A DNA stretch of 64,000 nucleotides from Mobula hypostoma (taxonomy: Eukaryota): positions 81,780,001-81,844,000 of the forward strand of contig NC_086097.1 of NCBI RefSeq assembly GCF_963921235.1. The letters run 5' to 3'. A program made the position numbers and the translations under genes. Shown here one piece after another: positions 1 to 12,036 of the stretch (position 1 is the stretch's first letter; each line of letters opens with the position of its first letter). The notes beneath the pieces were generated by a model. It had not been told where the DNA came from. It did not search any database and saw only the letters and a program-made list of their open reading frames with translations.

Positions 1-1184
1 CTTTTTCAGGCATTCTATACAAGGAGTTCAAGCCAAATTAAACTTGTTATGATTGCCAGTGGTTGGTGGCCAGGACGACTTGTAGTTAATGAGAATATCT
101 GACCGCTGGCCTTGGTGGATTAGGAGCTGGTTGGCCAGCTGGCTGCCAGTATTGAGAGCTGGATCCCACTTGTATGGATCTTAGAAAAGTAGTCTTTGTT
201 ACATTATTGTCTTCGCAGACTAAGGTGGGCTCTTCTGCTCAGTTTACCAACTGCAATATAGTCTCTAAGCTAACAATTCAAAGGAGGTTTAGTTCAATAA
301 TAATAGTATAAATGAAAAATAGAAGAAGACTTCTAATGGATTTGGCTAGAGGGTAGACTATAGTGGCTGACGTGTTTTTGGAATATGTATCGCAATGATC
401 TTATTTCTGATTTCACAGGGTATGGCTGATAAATAATTCCTAACCGAAATTTCTTATTTCTTTTACTGTATGGATTCTTGATATTAATCCAGAAGATGTG
501 TTTTCAAAACAAAATTCAATTAAAAAAAGAAAAAATATATTTTAATTAATTTTCACTTCTGTCCTTCTAGAATATTGAAAGCAAAATGCAGACAAGATCT
601 GTCTGAATAAGAAAAACTCAAGTCATTTGCAGCAATTAATTCATTGGCTAGTCCCATTCCTGAGCAATCTGCCAATTGCTGCAGTTGGAATAACTGGAGG
701 AAAGAAACAGAACAGTTCAAGTAATGTGGGAAGAAATGATTTGTTAGCTAACTGGTGATAAATTATTGAAAGAAGTTCAAGTTTAACATGCACACAGTAA
801 AAGACAATCACCATGCCAATAACCAATCTGAATTCTGAAAGAAATTGTGAAGCAGTGGGAAATACGTGAGCCACGGAGAGGTCTTCCAAGGTCAATGGCT
901 GAGTATTGATAGTAACTCTCAGGACAGCTCTGACACAATTCCACATAAACAAATAAGCTAACAACTTTGCAGAGAGTGATGAGGTTATTTGTCAGTTGTA
1001 CTGTTCTTATTGGACACTGCAGTTTAACAGCATGATGGAAACATAAATAATTCCATTTTGATCTATCATAAATAAAACATTGTGGAGGTGTAGGAAAGAG
1101 TATTTCACTGAAATTAACAGAGAATCAAAATACCTGCAGTTAATCTGAAGAGAAAGTAACCTGGTGACAAAATATGGTATATTA

Positions 1185-1928
1185 GCAGAGCTAGTACTCG
1201 GTGGTTCCTTAAATTGTTATAGTCAGGCGAGGTAATGGGGACAAGCTCCCACTGCATATTAAATGATCCCAATGGTGTGCACCTCAAATAGCCTCTGACA
1301 ACCAAATCCAGCTCCTGGTTTTCATGCAAACACGAGGAAATCTGCAGATGCTGGAATTTCAAGCAACACACTTAAAAGTTGCTGGTGAACGCAGCAGGCC
1401 AGGCAGCATCAATAGGAAGAGGTACAGTTGACATTTCGGGCCGAGACCCTGGTTTTCATGTGTGGTTCAGTTACTAAGCCCGGCGGAACCATTTCTACTG
1501 ACAGGAGAAGGGGCAAAAGTGGGCTAATGGTGCCTTAAGACCAATTGCTTCAGGTAGGTGGGGCTTGTCAGCCGTGGTTGGCATCTCATCTAGGAGAAGG
1601 AAAACTCTGATCTCAAACCCCCGCTGCCTTGCGGCTATACCCACTCATGCGGAAGGCTTCGGGAGTAAACCCTGAGGGAAAAATCCAGATCTGGAGTCCT
1701 TAAGACAGTCCTACATTGAGTTCAATGTTGACTGGCAACTCCTGTGATGCTGATGGTACCAAACTGTATCGGTCTCTGCCACTCTTTAGGGTTCTCATCA
1801 GATACGTAGAGAGGAGGAGCTTGGTACATGGGCAACAGCTTGCTCTCCATTTCGTACTACCCAGGCTTGCATACCCAGACAGCTAGGATGCAATATCCAT
1901 GGTCGACTCTGACTGCCGGTGGCCCTCA
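1185..1928 (+). mobile_element. Non-autonomous RTE-related retroelement (no ORF), interrupted by a PLE tail at 1327-1447
   Basis: Its 3' half (~1605-1925) recurs inverted at 4930-5250. It contains TCTAGGAGAAGGAAAACTCTGA, a motif I associate with RTE 5' UTRs. Family assignment is from recall. Confidence 0.55.
1327..1447 (-). mobile_element. PLE 3'-terminal mini-insertion, 5'-truncated inside hammerhead stem II
   Basis: Reverse complement matches the PLE tail at 18820-18908 and 6142-6260. 13-bp direct repeat CCTGGTTTTCATG at 1314-1326 and 1448-1460. Confidence 0.9.
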
Positions 1929-2616
1929 CATTATTTCAGTGATGTGATGCAAAATTAAAATGCATTTAAATATCTGGTTTCAAAAATGTTGTAAAATTGA
2001 GATAAGAAGATAATCTTCAGGGTGAAACCAAAATTCCAGCAAACCATGCCTCTGACCCCCATCCATCTGAAATAGCAGTTAGAATTAACTTGAAAAATAA
2101 TCTGTATCCTTATTTTGGGGTTCTCCTTTTGCTGTGGCTGATTTTGGAGCATGTCACTTTGTCCAATACTTTCTTCTTGTCTATTGAACTCCCCCGTGTA
2201 TTGTGTGACATCTTATGAACACAACCACTGAGTTACCACTGCTTTAGAAAGGCTTCTTTAATTTTCCCTTCAAAATGTACAACACAGAAATCCCTGGGAG
2301 TAGTACAGCAACTCTTTGAGCACATAAATCTCCCAACTATTAATAGATAAGCTATTTGATGTGCTAAGTGATAGTATCAGTCTGGTCTGCAGGCTTCCAT
2401 GGACTAAATAACTTAGCCAATGTTGTCTGATTCACACAGGCCAATTAACATAACCCAATTGTTTACACTGCATCTCTCATCAGCCTTGTGCTATGGGCCA
2501 GCAGTCTGTCCTCTATAGACAGTGCTGTTTGTTTGCAAAGCAGTCATTTTAACCTCAGTCTGATTATTGCTTACAATTTACGCTAAGAACTAAAGACTGT
2601 CTTATTTATAGCAAGA

Positions 2617-2990
2617 TGTTATATGGGGGGTGGCGTTGATGGCAGATCCAAATGCAAGACACAGACACTGATGTACTAGGAACAGGACAAGGTTTATCAA
2701 GAAAGCAAGGGGAGTCAGGAAGAAACGACACAGGACATGGACACAGGTCCTGGACGAGACAAGGACACCGGGCCTGGGCTAGGACCAAGACTAGGAAAGC
2801 GGGACCAGGATAAGGAACTTGGAACTAGGAGCCTAGGCTAGGACTCTGAGCCAGAGTCTGGACAGGGACCCGGAACCTGGGTCTTGACTTGGGCTCGGAC
2901 CTCGGATCTAGGTGAGGACAAGACGTGGCTACAGGACTGGACGTGGGTATGGGACTGGATGAGGCTGCGAGACTGGGCGAGGCTACTTCC
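2617..2990. mobile_element. Probable LTR-element remnant with degenerate GGAC(A/T)(A/G)G short tandem repeats
   Basis: Starts TGTTAT, then many ACAGGA/GGACTG/CTAGGA units. Ends abruptly at a CR1 fragment. Confidence 0.4.
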
Positions 2991-3820
2991 AATAATTCTC
3001 AAAATTAGGACTCATCAATGTCTTATACAACTTCAACATAACATCCGATCCCCTGTACTCAATACTTTGATTTATGGATTCCAATGTGCCAAAAGCTTTC
3101 TTAATGACCCTGTCTACCTGTGATGCCACTTCCAAAATATTATAGACCGGTATTCTCAGAATCCTTTATTCTACCACACTCCTCAGTGCCCTATCGTTCA
3201 CTATGTAAGACCTACTCTGGTTGGTCCCACCAAAGTGCAACACCTCACACTTATTTGCATTAAACTCCATCTGCCATTTTTCAGCCCATTTTCCCAACTG
3301 ATCCAGATCCCGCTGCAAGCCTCACTGTCCACTACACCCCCAATCTTGGTGTCATCTGCAAATCTGCAGATCCAGTTAACTACATTATCACCAAGATAGT
3401 TGATTTAGATGACAAACAACAACGGAGTCAGCACCAATCCCTGTGGCACTCCACTAGTCACAGGCTTCCAGTCAGAGAGAAAACCATCTACAATCACTCT
3501 CTGGCATTTCTCACAAAGCCAATGCCTAATCCAATTCACCCACTCATCTTGAATACCAAGCGATTGAACCATTTTGACCATGCGGGACCTTGTCAAATGC
3601 CTTACTAACGTCTGTACAGACAACATCTGCTTTATCAGCTTTCCTGGCAGCTTCCTTGAAAAACTCTATAAGACTGGCTAGACATGACCTAACATGCACA
3701 AAGCCATGCTGACTATCCTTAATCAGTCCATGTCTATCCAAATTTGCATATATCCAGTCCCTCGGAATACATTCCAATAACTTTCCCACTACTGATGTCA
3801 GGCTTCCTGGCCTGTAGTTA
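2991..3820 (-). mobile_element. CR1 LINE ORF2 (RT) fragment, decayed
   Basis: ORFs 3544-3789 (SQHGFV..RSCL..LIEFF, SKAFDKVPH) and 3405-3626 (SGVPQGLVL.PLLF) carry CR1 RT motifs. Confidence 0.92.
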
Positions 3821-4009
3821 ATTTTTATTGTTACTCTTTCTAGATATTATAATATTAGTTATATCATTTGCATGCTTACAAAACTAAATGAAACTATTTT
3901 GGCTTCATCAAATATTTGCTGGAGAAAAGCATAAGAACCAAACACTGATTGCAATGATGTTTTTTGACTACCTGTACTTGTTCCCAATATGAAGCACTGA
4001 CTACTGACT

Positions 4010-4225
4010 AGTGTGTTTCTTCTGGGTGCTCCATTTTCCTCCCACATGCCAAAGGCAGCAGGTTAGAAGGTTAATTAGTCAGTGCAAATTCCCCCTGGTG
4101 CAGGTGAGTGCAGAATCTGGGGGGGGCGGCGTAAAACAGCATTATTGTAGATGGATCTTTACTGGTTGGTTTGGACTTGTTTGGATGGCCATCCTATTCC
4201 CATACTGTATGACTCTCTGACTCTT
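4010..4225 (+). mobile_element. V-SINE (HE1-like) fragment with CR1-type tail
   Basis: Core TTTCTTCTGGGTGCTCCATTTTCCTCCCACA resembles the V-domain. Ends CTGTATGACTCT like the CR1 tails in this window. Confidence 0.7.
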
Positions 4226-4681
4226 AATTATCCAATTCTCTTCTGAGACCTATGATTGACCCAGCCTTAAGCAATACATGCCAGATTAGAATGTATGATT
4301 CTGTTTTCTTCTCCTTTTATTCCCTTTGTTTCTTCTGACAATTACCTTCAGCTTGTTCCTCTGCTTACTATTCACTCAGGAAGTAAATCCGCTTTCCTTC
4401 CAACTTAAATTATCAATTCCCTCCATGATTTTTACTATCTCAAGAAATTAACCCTTAACTTTAGTTGCCCTGAGGAAGGCAACTTCAGTTTCTCTTCAAT
4501 ATTCAAGAAGTAAATGTATTATTAAAGTACTTATATGTTACCATATAAAATGCTGAGATTCATTTTCTTACAGGCAACCCCAATAAATCCATAACCGAAA
4601 ATAACCATATTAGAATCAATGAAAGACTGCATCAACTTGGGTGTTCAACCAGTGTGCAAAAGTAACAAACTGTGCAAATTG

Positions 4682-4897
4682 AAATCAGAATCAAGTTTAA
4701 TATCACTGACATATGTCGTGAAATTTGTTGTTATGCAGCAGCAGTACATAATAAAAAAACTATTATTGTAAATCACGGTAAGTATATATATAATATTTTA
4801 AAAGTTAAGTTAAAACAATTAGTGCAAAAAAGATAAAATGAAGTAATGTTCCTGGCTTCCACGTCCATTCAAAAATCTGATGGCAAAGGGGAAGAAG
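4682..4897 (-). mobile_element. Rex1/Babar 3' UTR fragment with (TTCTGA)n tail
   Basis: Reverse complement resembles the 3' end of the Rex/Babar copy at 11950-12036. Confidence 0.7.
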
Positions 4898-4929
4898 ACA
4901 AAAGGAAAGAAATAATAATAATAAATAAC

Positions 4930-5250
4930 TGAGGCCTCCGTTGGTCAGGGCCGACCATGGATGTTGCATCCAAGGTGCCTAGGTATGTAGGCTAGGACAG
5001 TACAATATGGAAAGTAAACTGTTGCCCAGTTAGCAAGCTCCCCCTCTCCGTGCATCAGAGGAACCCATCAAACAGCAGGGACTGATACAGCTTGGCACCA
5101 GCAACATTGTAGGGATTGCCAGTCAGCATTGAACTCAATATAGGACTACCTAAGGGGCTCCATCTCTGGATTTTTTCCCTCAGCCTTTACTCCCGAAGCC
5201 TTCCCCATGAGTGGGTATAGCAGCAAGGCAGCGGAGGTTCAAGATCAGGT
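4930..5250 (-). mobile_element. 3' half of the RTE-related non-autonomous element
   Basis: Reverse complement aligns with ~1605-1925 (ATACCCACTCATG..GAAGGCTTCGGGAGTAAA; CCATGGTCG). Confidence 0.8.
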
Positions 5251-6131
5251 TTCAATTAATATCGAAAATACGCGATGAAGCATACTTGAAAGTGAGTCCA
5301 CAGGTTGAGGGAACATTTCAATGACGGGGCAAGTGAAGTTCAGTGAAATTAGCCCCTTTGGTTCAAGAGCCTGATGGTTGAGGGGTAATAACTGTTCCTG
5401 AACATGGTGGTGAGTTCTGAGGCTCCTGTATCTTCAGCAGTGAGAAGAGATGGTGGTGGGGGGGGGGGGCGGGGGGGGGCGTGGTCTCTGATGATAGAGT
5501 TCTTGCATTTCTGAAGAACTAAAGATCTTGGCCCTAATACTATCCCAGTTGTCTAAGCTCTTTACTCCTTCCTAATGCCCAATTCCCAGAACTGGATGCA
5601 GCAGTCCAGCAGTACCTTAGTCAAACTGGTATTTTAGTTTATTTCTACTGAACTCTTTACCTCCCATTCTTGTAAGAAAAGATCTGATTTGTAACAAAGT
5701 ATCAATCTATTACATCTGGCAATGATCAGTAAGTCACTTAAGTTATTTCTTTCGCCAGTATTTGTAGATTATTTTAATTGCTTTGGGATTGAAGTCATTC
5801 TCCACTCTTCCATCACCCATCATTTCATGCACCCAAACATCCCATTGGAAGTTGCTGAATTGTGATTTGAATTGGGAAGCATTAGTTAGTATTGATCTCT
5901 CTGAGTCAGGGGTATAGCTGGCTGCAAAAAGAAAGACTTGTAGTTCAACGATATTACCTCAAGACATCTCAAGGTACCTCATGCAGAAGCAATCAACATT
6001 GGAATTTGGGGAGTACATACCTAGTTTTACACAGTTACAATAATAATAATTTAATCTAGTAGTGTAGATGGAAGGATAAATGTTGACAGGGAAGAGAAGA
6101 CAACCGCCACCCCTTCTCTATGAACGAAGAT

Positions 6132-6262
6132 GTCCTGACGAAGGGTCTCGGCCTGAAATGTCGACTGCACCTCTTCCTACAGATGCTGCCTGGCCTGCTG
6201 CGTTCACCAGCAACTTTGATGTGTGTTGCTTGAATTTCCAGCATCTGCAGAATTCCTTTTGT
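6132..6262 (+). mobile_element. PLE 3'-terminal mini-element starting at hammerhead stem I
   Basis: GTC-CTGACGA-AGGGTCTCGGCCT-GAAATGTC-GAC followed by the conserved PLE tail. Confidence 0.9.
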
Positions 6263-7629
6263 TAACAATGGGAAAATGTAATTCATTATATTTTGCAACC
6301 CGCTTCTATGTTCTATGTGTTGTGTCATTGGAAGACATTGATCTGATCCTGTAAAAGAATAGTTGGTGTAAAACTCTCTATCAGATGTCCTAGACCTAAA
6401 ATGTCCTTACTTTTTTCTGAAGCTTCATGAAAAATTATTGTGTTTGTTTTAATCATCATGGCAACCATTACCAGGACATCAGTGAGCCAAATAAACTGCA
6501 AAAGATAGGAGGAATAAAAGGCTTCACCTTATCTGTAATGAATGTGTTTCATATTTTCTGAAGAAAACATAAATTAGATTAAGATAAAAATATAGGGACT
6601 AGGAAGATTTGTTTTCTTACAATAATGTTTCAGCCCAGGGAACTGAATGCCTTACTAGCTCAATGCCAAGTCTGAATTTTAGTCATAAACAGTTATCTAC
6701 ATACAATTTTAAGCGCAGTTGGACTATGACTTGTTTACTCCAGTTTGTAGATGATAAAATTCAAGAAGATAATTCTTATTGTCAGCTGGTTAACCACATA
6801 GTAGTAGCGGAGCAAATATATTAAACAGATGGTTTCTATTCATAAATTTTTCAAAGGGAAGGAATAATTTTCTCATAAAAGAAGACTTTCTTTCCACAGA
6901 ATGAATCCAGAATTGTGTTTTTTTTTACTGATAGGTGGTTTAATAATGAGCAAACAACACTGAAAGCTTTTACAAACCATGTGTTTCTTTAAGTGCATTG
7001 AGCTTGCTGTAATCCAGTCCTGATCTGCAGCTTTAGAAACTTGAAGAGAATCAACCTTAATTTGATGCAGATAGCATCTGATTAATTTACCTGCATAAGA
7101 TATCAATGGTAGAAGACTGTAGTGTGACTCTGAATCAGAATTCGAATCAGGCTTATTATCAAAGTCCTGTGTATACTGTGTGTTCATCTAGTCAAAAGAA
7201 ATCAGAGATAGGTTCAGGAAAAATATGACTTTTCGAGGTTTATTTCCTTTGATAGGACAGAGGTAAATGCATTTTCTTAAAATTCCTTAAATGCTAACCC
7301 TTTAAAAATAAATAAAATAAGCCCCCCAGTAAACTGTACACAATTTTGCATTAATCTGTCTACATCCAGAATAAAAGCACTCCTAAATGCCACAAGTGAA
7401 GATGTCTATGATACCTCTGAATAACAAGACTATATCTTTGAGGCTGGTGTCAACTTTCAGAATATCACCAAGTATCTGAACGAGGGATACTGTCATTAAC
7501 AAACATAGTACCCATTTTACACATGCTAACAACCAAAAGCAGCAATTAGTTTATTTGCCTGTTAATGTGGCTTTGAATACACTAGTGAAGAGGTAGCATT
7601 GCTGGTTAAAATCAGAAGAGACATTATCA

Positions 7630-8580
7630 ACACAAGAGATTCTGCAAATGCTGGAAGTCCAGAGCAACAGACACAAAATGCTGGAGGAACTCAGCAGGTC
7701 TGGCAGAATCTATGGAAATGAATATAAAGTGAACACTTAAGGCTGAGACACTTCATCGGCACTGGAAAGGAAGGGAAAAGATGCCAGAATAAGAATGTGG
7801 GGGAAGGAAGACAAATTAAAAGGTGATAGGTGAGGCCAGGTGGGTGGGGAAGGGGGAATGAAGTAAGAAGCCATCTGGCGATAGGTGGAAAAAGTAAAAG
7901 GCTGAAGGAGAAAGAATCTGTTTGGAGAGGAGAGTGGACCATGGGAGAAAGGGAAGGAGGAGGGGCACCAGGAGGAGGTGACAGGCAGATGAGGAAAAGA
8001 GTTAAGAGGCCAGAAAAAAAGGGAAGGGGAAGAGGGGAATTTACTGGAAGTTAGAGAAATCGATGGTCATGCCATCATGTTAGAGGCTACCTACATGGAA
8101 TATGAGGTGTTTATTTATTTATTTAGCAACTCAGTGAGGAGTAGACCCCTCCAGTCCTTCAAGTCATGCAGTCCCAGCAACCCCAACAAACACAATTAAC
8201 CCTAACATAATCACAGGACACTTACCTCTTCTCTTCTCCTGCTTATCATCTTCCCCTCGTGCCACTTATCATTCTCTTTTTCCCATAATGCATTCTCCCC
8301 TCCAAACAGATCCCTTTTTCTCCAACCCTTTATCTTTTCCACCTATCACCTCAGTGCTTCTTACTTCATTTTCCCCTCTCCCCCCCCCACCCACCTGGCT
8401 TCACCTATCATCTTCTAGCTTGTCTTCCTTCCCCTCCCCCCTCCCCTCACCTTCTTATTCAGACATCTTACCCCTCCTTTTCTTGTCCTAATGAAGGGCC
8501 TCAGCCCAAAACTTCGACTGTTTATTCTTTTCCATAGATTCTGCCTTGCCTGATGAGTTCCTCTGGTATTTTGTGTATGA
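7630..8580. mobile_element. Inverted pair of PLE 3' ends (minus arm ~7630-8110, plus arm ~8221-8580) with degenerate hammerheads
   Basis: Purine-rich arm then pyrimidine-rich arm, mutually complementary. The end of the GIY-YIG coding region is at ~8045-8110. A SINE-tail-like piece lies at 8110-8220. Confidence 0.8.
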
Positions 8581-8609
8581 AGAACTTACAAAGTATTTTA
8601 ATGCAGGTA

Positions 8610-9140
8610 ACAAACAAAAGAAAATCTGAAGATGCTTAAAATCTGAGCAACACACACAAAATGCTGGAGAAACTCAGCAGGCCAGGCAGTATCTATGGAA
8701 AAAAGTACAGTCGACGTTTCAGGTCGAAACCCTTCAGCAGGACTGGAGGGAAAAAAAGCTAAAGAGTAGATTTAAAAGGTGGGGGGGTGGGGTGGTGAGA
8801 GAAAAAAACAGCTGATAGGTGAAATTTGAAGGGGAAGGGATAAAGTAAAGAGTTGAGAAGTTGATTGGTGAAGGAGACAGAAGAGACCTCCCCTTCACCA
8901 TTTTCCATCCCCTTGTCCCTCCACACCTGATCTCCTTGCCCACCCATCGCCTCCCTCTGGTGCTTCTCCACCCTCCCCTTTTTCTTTCTTCCATGGCCTT
9001 CTGTCTCTTTCACTAATCAACTTCCTAGCTCTTTACTTCATCCCTCGCCCTCCAAGTTTCATCCATCACCCTTTCCCCACCTTTTAAATCTACTCCTCAG
9101 CCTTCTTTCTCCAGTTCTGCCAAAGGGTTTTGGCCCGAAA
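8610..9140. mobile_element. Inverted pair of PLE 3' ends (minus arm 8610-8888, plus arm 8889-9140)
   Basis: Arms are reverse complements over ~150 bp. The minus arm has a CTGCTGA-variant hammerhead at 8708-8745. The plus arm stops right after GAAA. Confidence 0.85.
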
Positions 9141-9529
9141 AGAAAAAAGGGAAATTGAGAAATTAGATTGGATCTATTTTTAGTGCTTTTAGTGCTATAA
9201 CATATCATGTTTAACAAACAGAAAAACTAAGTCAAAATGCAACTTGAAAGATGCTAGGGAGGTTTATACCCAGAAATATATGGTCACATTGGATCTGTAT
9301 GTTTCCCATAGTCACATAACAGGAAGTCACTTGCTCTTTCTCGTTCTTTAGCAGGAGATTTTGTACCACACTCTCTCTAGTTGAGATCTTTATTTATTGA
9401 TGAAGAAAACTTCCCTGAAATCATTTGACAAGATCTATCCTATCTGGAACTTTTACAGCATGGGAGTCCCTGCCAATATGTCAGAAATTAAATTCAGCTA
9501 CCATCACAACCATATTTCTCTTGCAACTA

Positions 9530-10035
9530 TCTGCCATCTCTCTACAAATCTGCACCTATAAATCCCACTGATTATTGGGTAGTCTTTAATATAATCCTAT
9601 TAACATGGTCATCCCTTTCTTATTCCTCAGTTCCACCATACAGCCTCAGTACACAAGCCCTCAAGTTTGTCCCGTCTGAACATGCCATGACATTTTCCCC
9701 AATTAGTAATGCCTCCCTACCACATTAATACATTTTCTCTATCATGTCTAAAACAATGGAATCCCTGAAGATTAATCTGCTGGTCCTGCTGCCGCCTCCT
9801 ACAACCAAGTCTCACTAATGGCTACAATGTCATAATTCCACATGCTGATCCATGCTCTAAACTCAGCCTTTCCTACACTACCTCTTTTACATCGAAATAG
9901 ATGCAATTCAGAACATTATTCCCAGCATGCTCATCTTTTTGATTCCTGTCTTTCTGTGAGAGCTAAACATCATCTTTCCCCACAACCACTCTACAACCTG
10001 CCATGGCACTTTGGTTCCCTTCCCCTGCAACTTTA
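9530..10035 (+). mobile_element. Highly degenerate PLE remnant
   Basis: Vestiges of YKPTD (ATAAATCCCACTGA), IPFSQF and GTFPC (GGCACT..TTCCCCTGCAAC) coding motifs in PLE order. Confidence 0.4.
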
Positions 10036-10059
10036 GTTTAACACCAACCCATCCCCCCC

Positions 10060-10612
10060 ACCCCCGACCAACAGTAGCCAACCTTCTTGCAAAGGTATTA
10101 GTTCCCCTCAGGGTAGCAATCCTGAGATCGCAACACTGGAACTCCTGTCCTTTAACTTCGTTCCTAACTCCCTGACATTAGTGTCACCCTTCCTGTCTAT
10201 GTCCTTGGTACCATCACCTCCCTCTCCCCCTTAAGAATGCTGTGGGCTCTCTCTGAGATGTTCCTGACACTGGTACCCCTGGGAGGCAACTTACCATTTG
10301 AGAAGCTTGAATCGTGGAACAAATGATCCAGAGTTAACCAGCTCCAACTCCAGTTCCCTAATGCGGTCTCTAAGAGGCTGCAGCTGGGTGCCCTTCTTGC
10401 AGATGTCATCGCCAGGGACACTGGGGGCCTGCCTGCCGTCCCACATTCCTCAAGAGGAGATTCCACTATCTTGCCTGGCATTCCCACTAATCTAACTGCC
10501 CAATAAAAAAGAAAGATAGAAACTTACCAGAACCTTACTAGTCTCTGCCTCTTCTCACTGAAACCTCTTGAGCCAAAGCCTCAAGTCTTTCACTTTAGCA
10601 CTGGCCCACTGT
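10060..10612 (-). mobile_element. CR1 5' region with ORF1 SGNH-esterase remnant
   Basis: ORF 10197-10487 contains LPPRGTSVRNISERAHSILKGE, resembling the CR1 ORF1 esterase LPGARV.D.SER...ILKGEG motif. Confidence 0.75.
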
Positions 10613-10819
10613 CAAAGAAATAAAGAGAACAAGAAGTAAAAACAACATTCAAAAATGACTTTGTTTTCATAGGCTGACCTAAGTAATGAAGATAGTATTT
10701 TCATTGTCTCTCTTTCTGCACTACTTATTTAATTTATTATTTTATACATACTTTCTACCAATTGTCTAGGCATAGCATTAGCATTGACTTATGGCATGAG
10801 AAAAGCTTCTTTCAAGAAG

Positions 10820-12036
10820 AGAGTCTACAGTGGATGCTATCTCATTGCCTCTCCATGCGGCCTTAGATCACCTGGGCAATACCTATGTCAGGATGCTGCT
10901 TATTGACTATAGCTCTGCATTTCACACCATCATTCCTACAGTCCTAATCAAAAGGCTACATAACCTGGGCCTCTGTACCTTCCTCTCCAACTGGATCCTC
11001 AACTTCCTAACCAGAAGATCAAAGTCTGTGTTGATTGGAAATAACATCTCCACCTCACTGACAATTAATACTGGTGCACCTCAGGGATGTGTGCTTAGCC
11101 CACTGCTCTACTCTCTCTACATCCATGACTGTGTGGCTAGGCACAGCTCAAGTGCCATCTCTAAATTTGCAGACAATACAACCACTGTTTGCAGAATCTC
11201 AGATGGTGATGACAATGTGCGCAGGAGGTGGTGTCACAGCAAAAAGCTTGTACTCGCCATCAGTGCAACCAAAGAGCTGATTGTGGAAATCAGAAAGGAT
11301 AAGTTAAGGGAACACATACCAATCCTCACAGAGAGATCAGAAGGGGAGAGAGAGAGCAGTTTCAAGTTCCTGGGTGTCAAGATCTCTGAGGATCTAACCT
11401 GGTCCCAACATATTCATGCAACTACAAAGAAGACAAGATAGCGGCTATATTTCATTCGGAGTTTGAGGAGATTTGGTATGTCATCTAAAACACTGGAAAA
11501 ATTCTACAGATGTACTGTGGAGAGCATTCTGACTGGTTGCATCACTGTTTGGTATGGGGGGAGGGGGACTATTGCACAGGATTGAAGTAAGCTGCAGAGA
11601 GTTGTTAAATTAGTCAGCTCCATCATGGCTACCAGTCTCCATAGCATCCAAGACATCTTCAAGGAGTGATATCTCAAAAAGGCAGCGTCCATCAATAAGG
11701 AAGCCCACCGCTCAGGACATGCCTTCTTCTCATTCCTACTGTCAGAGAGGAGATACAAAAACTTGAAAACACCCACTCACTGATTCAGGGACAGCTTCTT
11801 TCCCCTCTGCCATATGATTTCCAAATGGACACTGAACCCATAAACACTACTTCACTATTTTTTATCTCTGTTTTTGCACTACTTATTTAATTTAACGATT
11901 TAATGTATGTATGCTTACTGTAGCTTATAATTTAAAAATATATATTATATTAACATGTATTGCATTGTACTGCTGCCACAAAGTCAATAAATTTCACAAC
12001 CTATGCCAGCGATATTAAACCTGATTTTGATTCTGA
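10820..12036 (+). mobile_element. Rex1/Babar LINE, 5'-truncated, decayed RT and 3' UTR
   Basis: ORF 10830-11441 has [39 protein letters not shown] and FKFLGV. Ends in a (TTCTGA)n-like tail. Confidence 0.93.

Larger units (their letters stand above)
4495..5480 (-). mobile_element. Rex1/Babar-type 3' end carrying two nested insertions (4682-4897, 4930-5250)
   Basis: GTTCAAGAGCCTGATGGTTGAGGGGTAATAACTGTTCCTGAAC at ~5360-5403 matches 22258-22300 of the full Rex/Babar element. Tail matches 13278-13415. Confidence 0.75.

Noticed and set aside
641..964. 107-aa minus-strand ORF in unique sequence
   Set aside because: No recognisable domain or splice context; length is compatible with chance.
2690..2985. 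Short repeats with variable spacing, superficially array-like
   Set aside because: Degenerate 6-12 bp tandem units without constant repeat and unique spacers. Not CRISPR, and the context is eukaryotic.
5455..5480. Poly-G run (G-quadruplex-like)
   Set aside because: Simple homopolymer expansion inside a LINE remnant, also prone to sequencing error.
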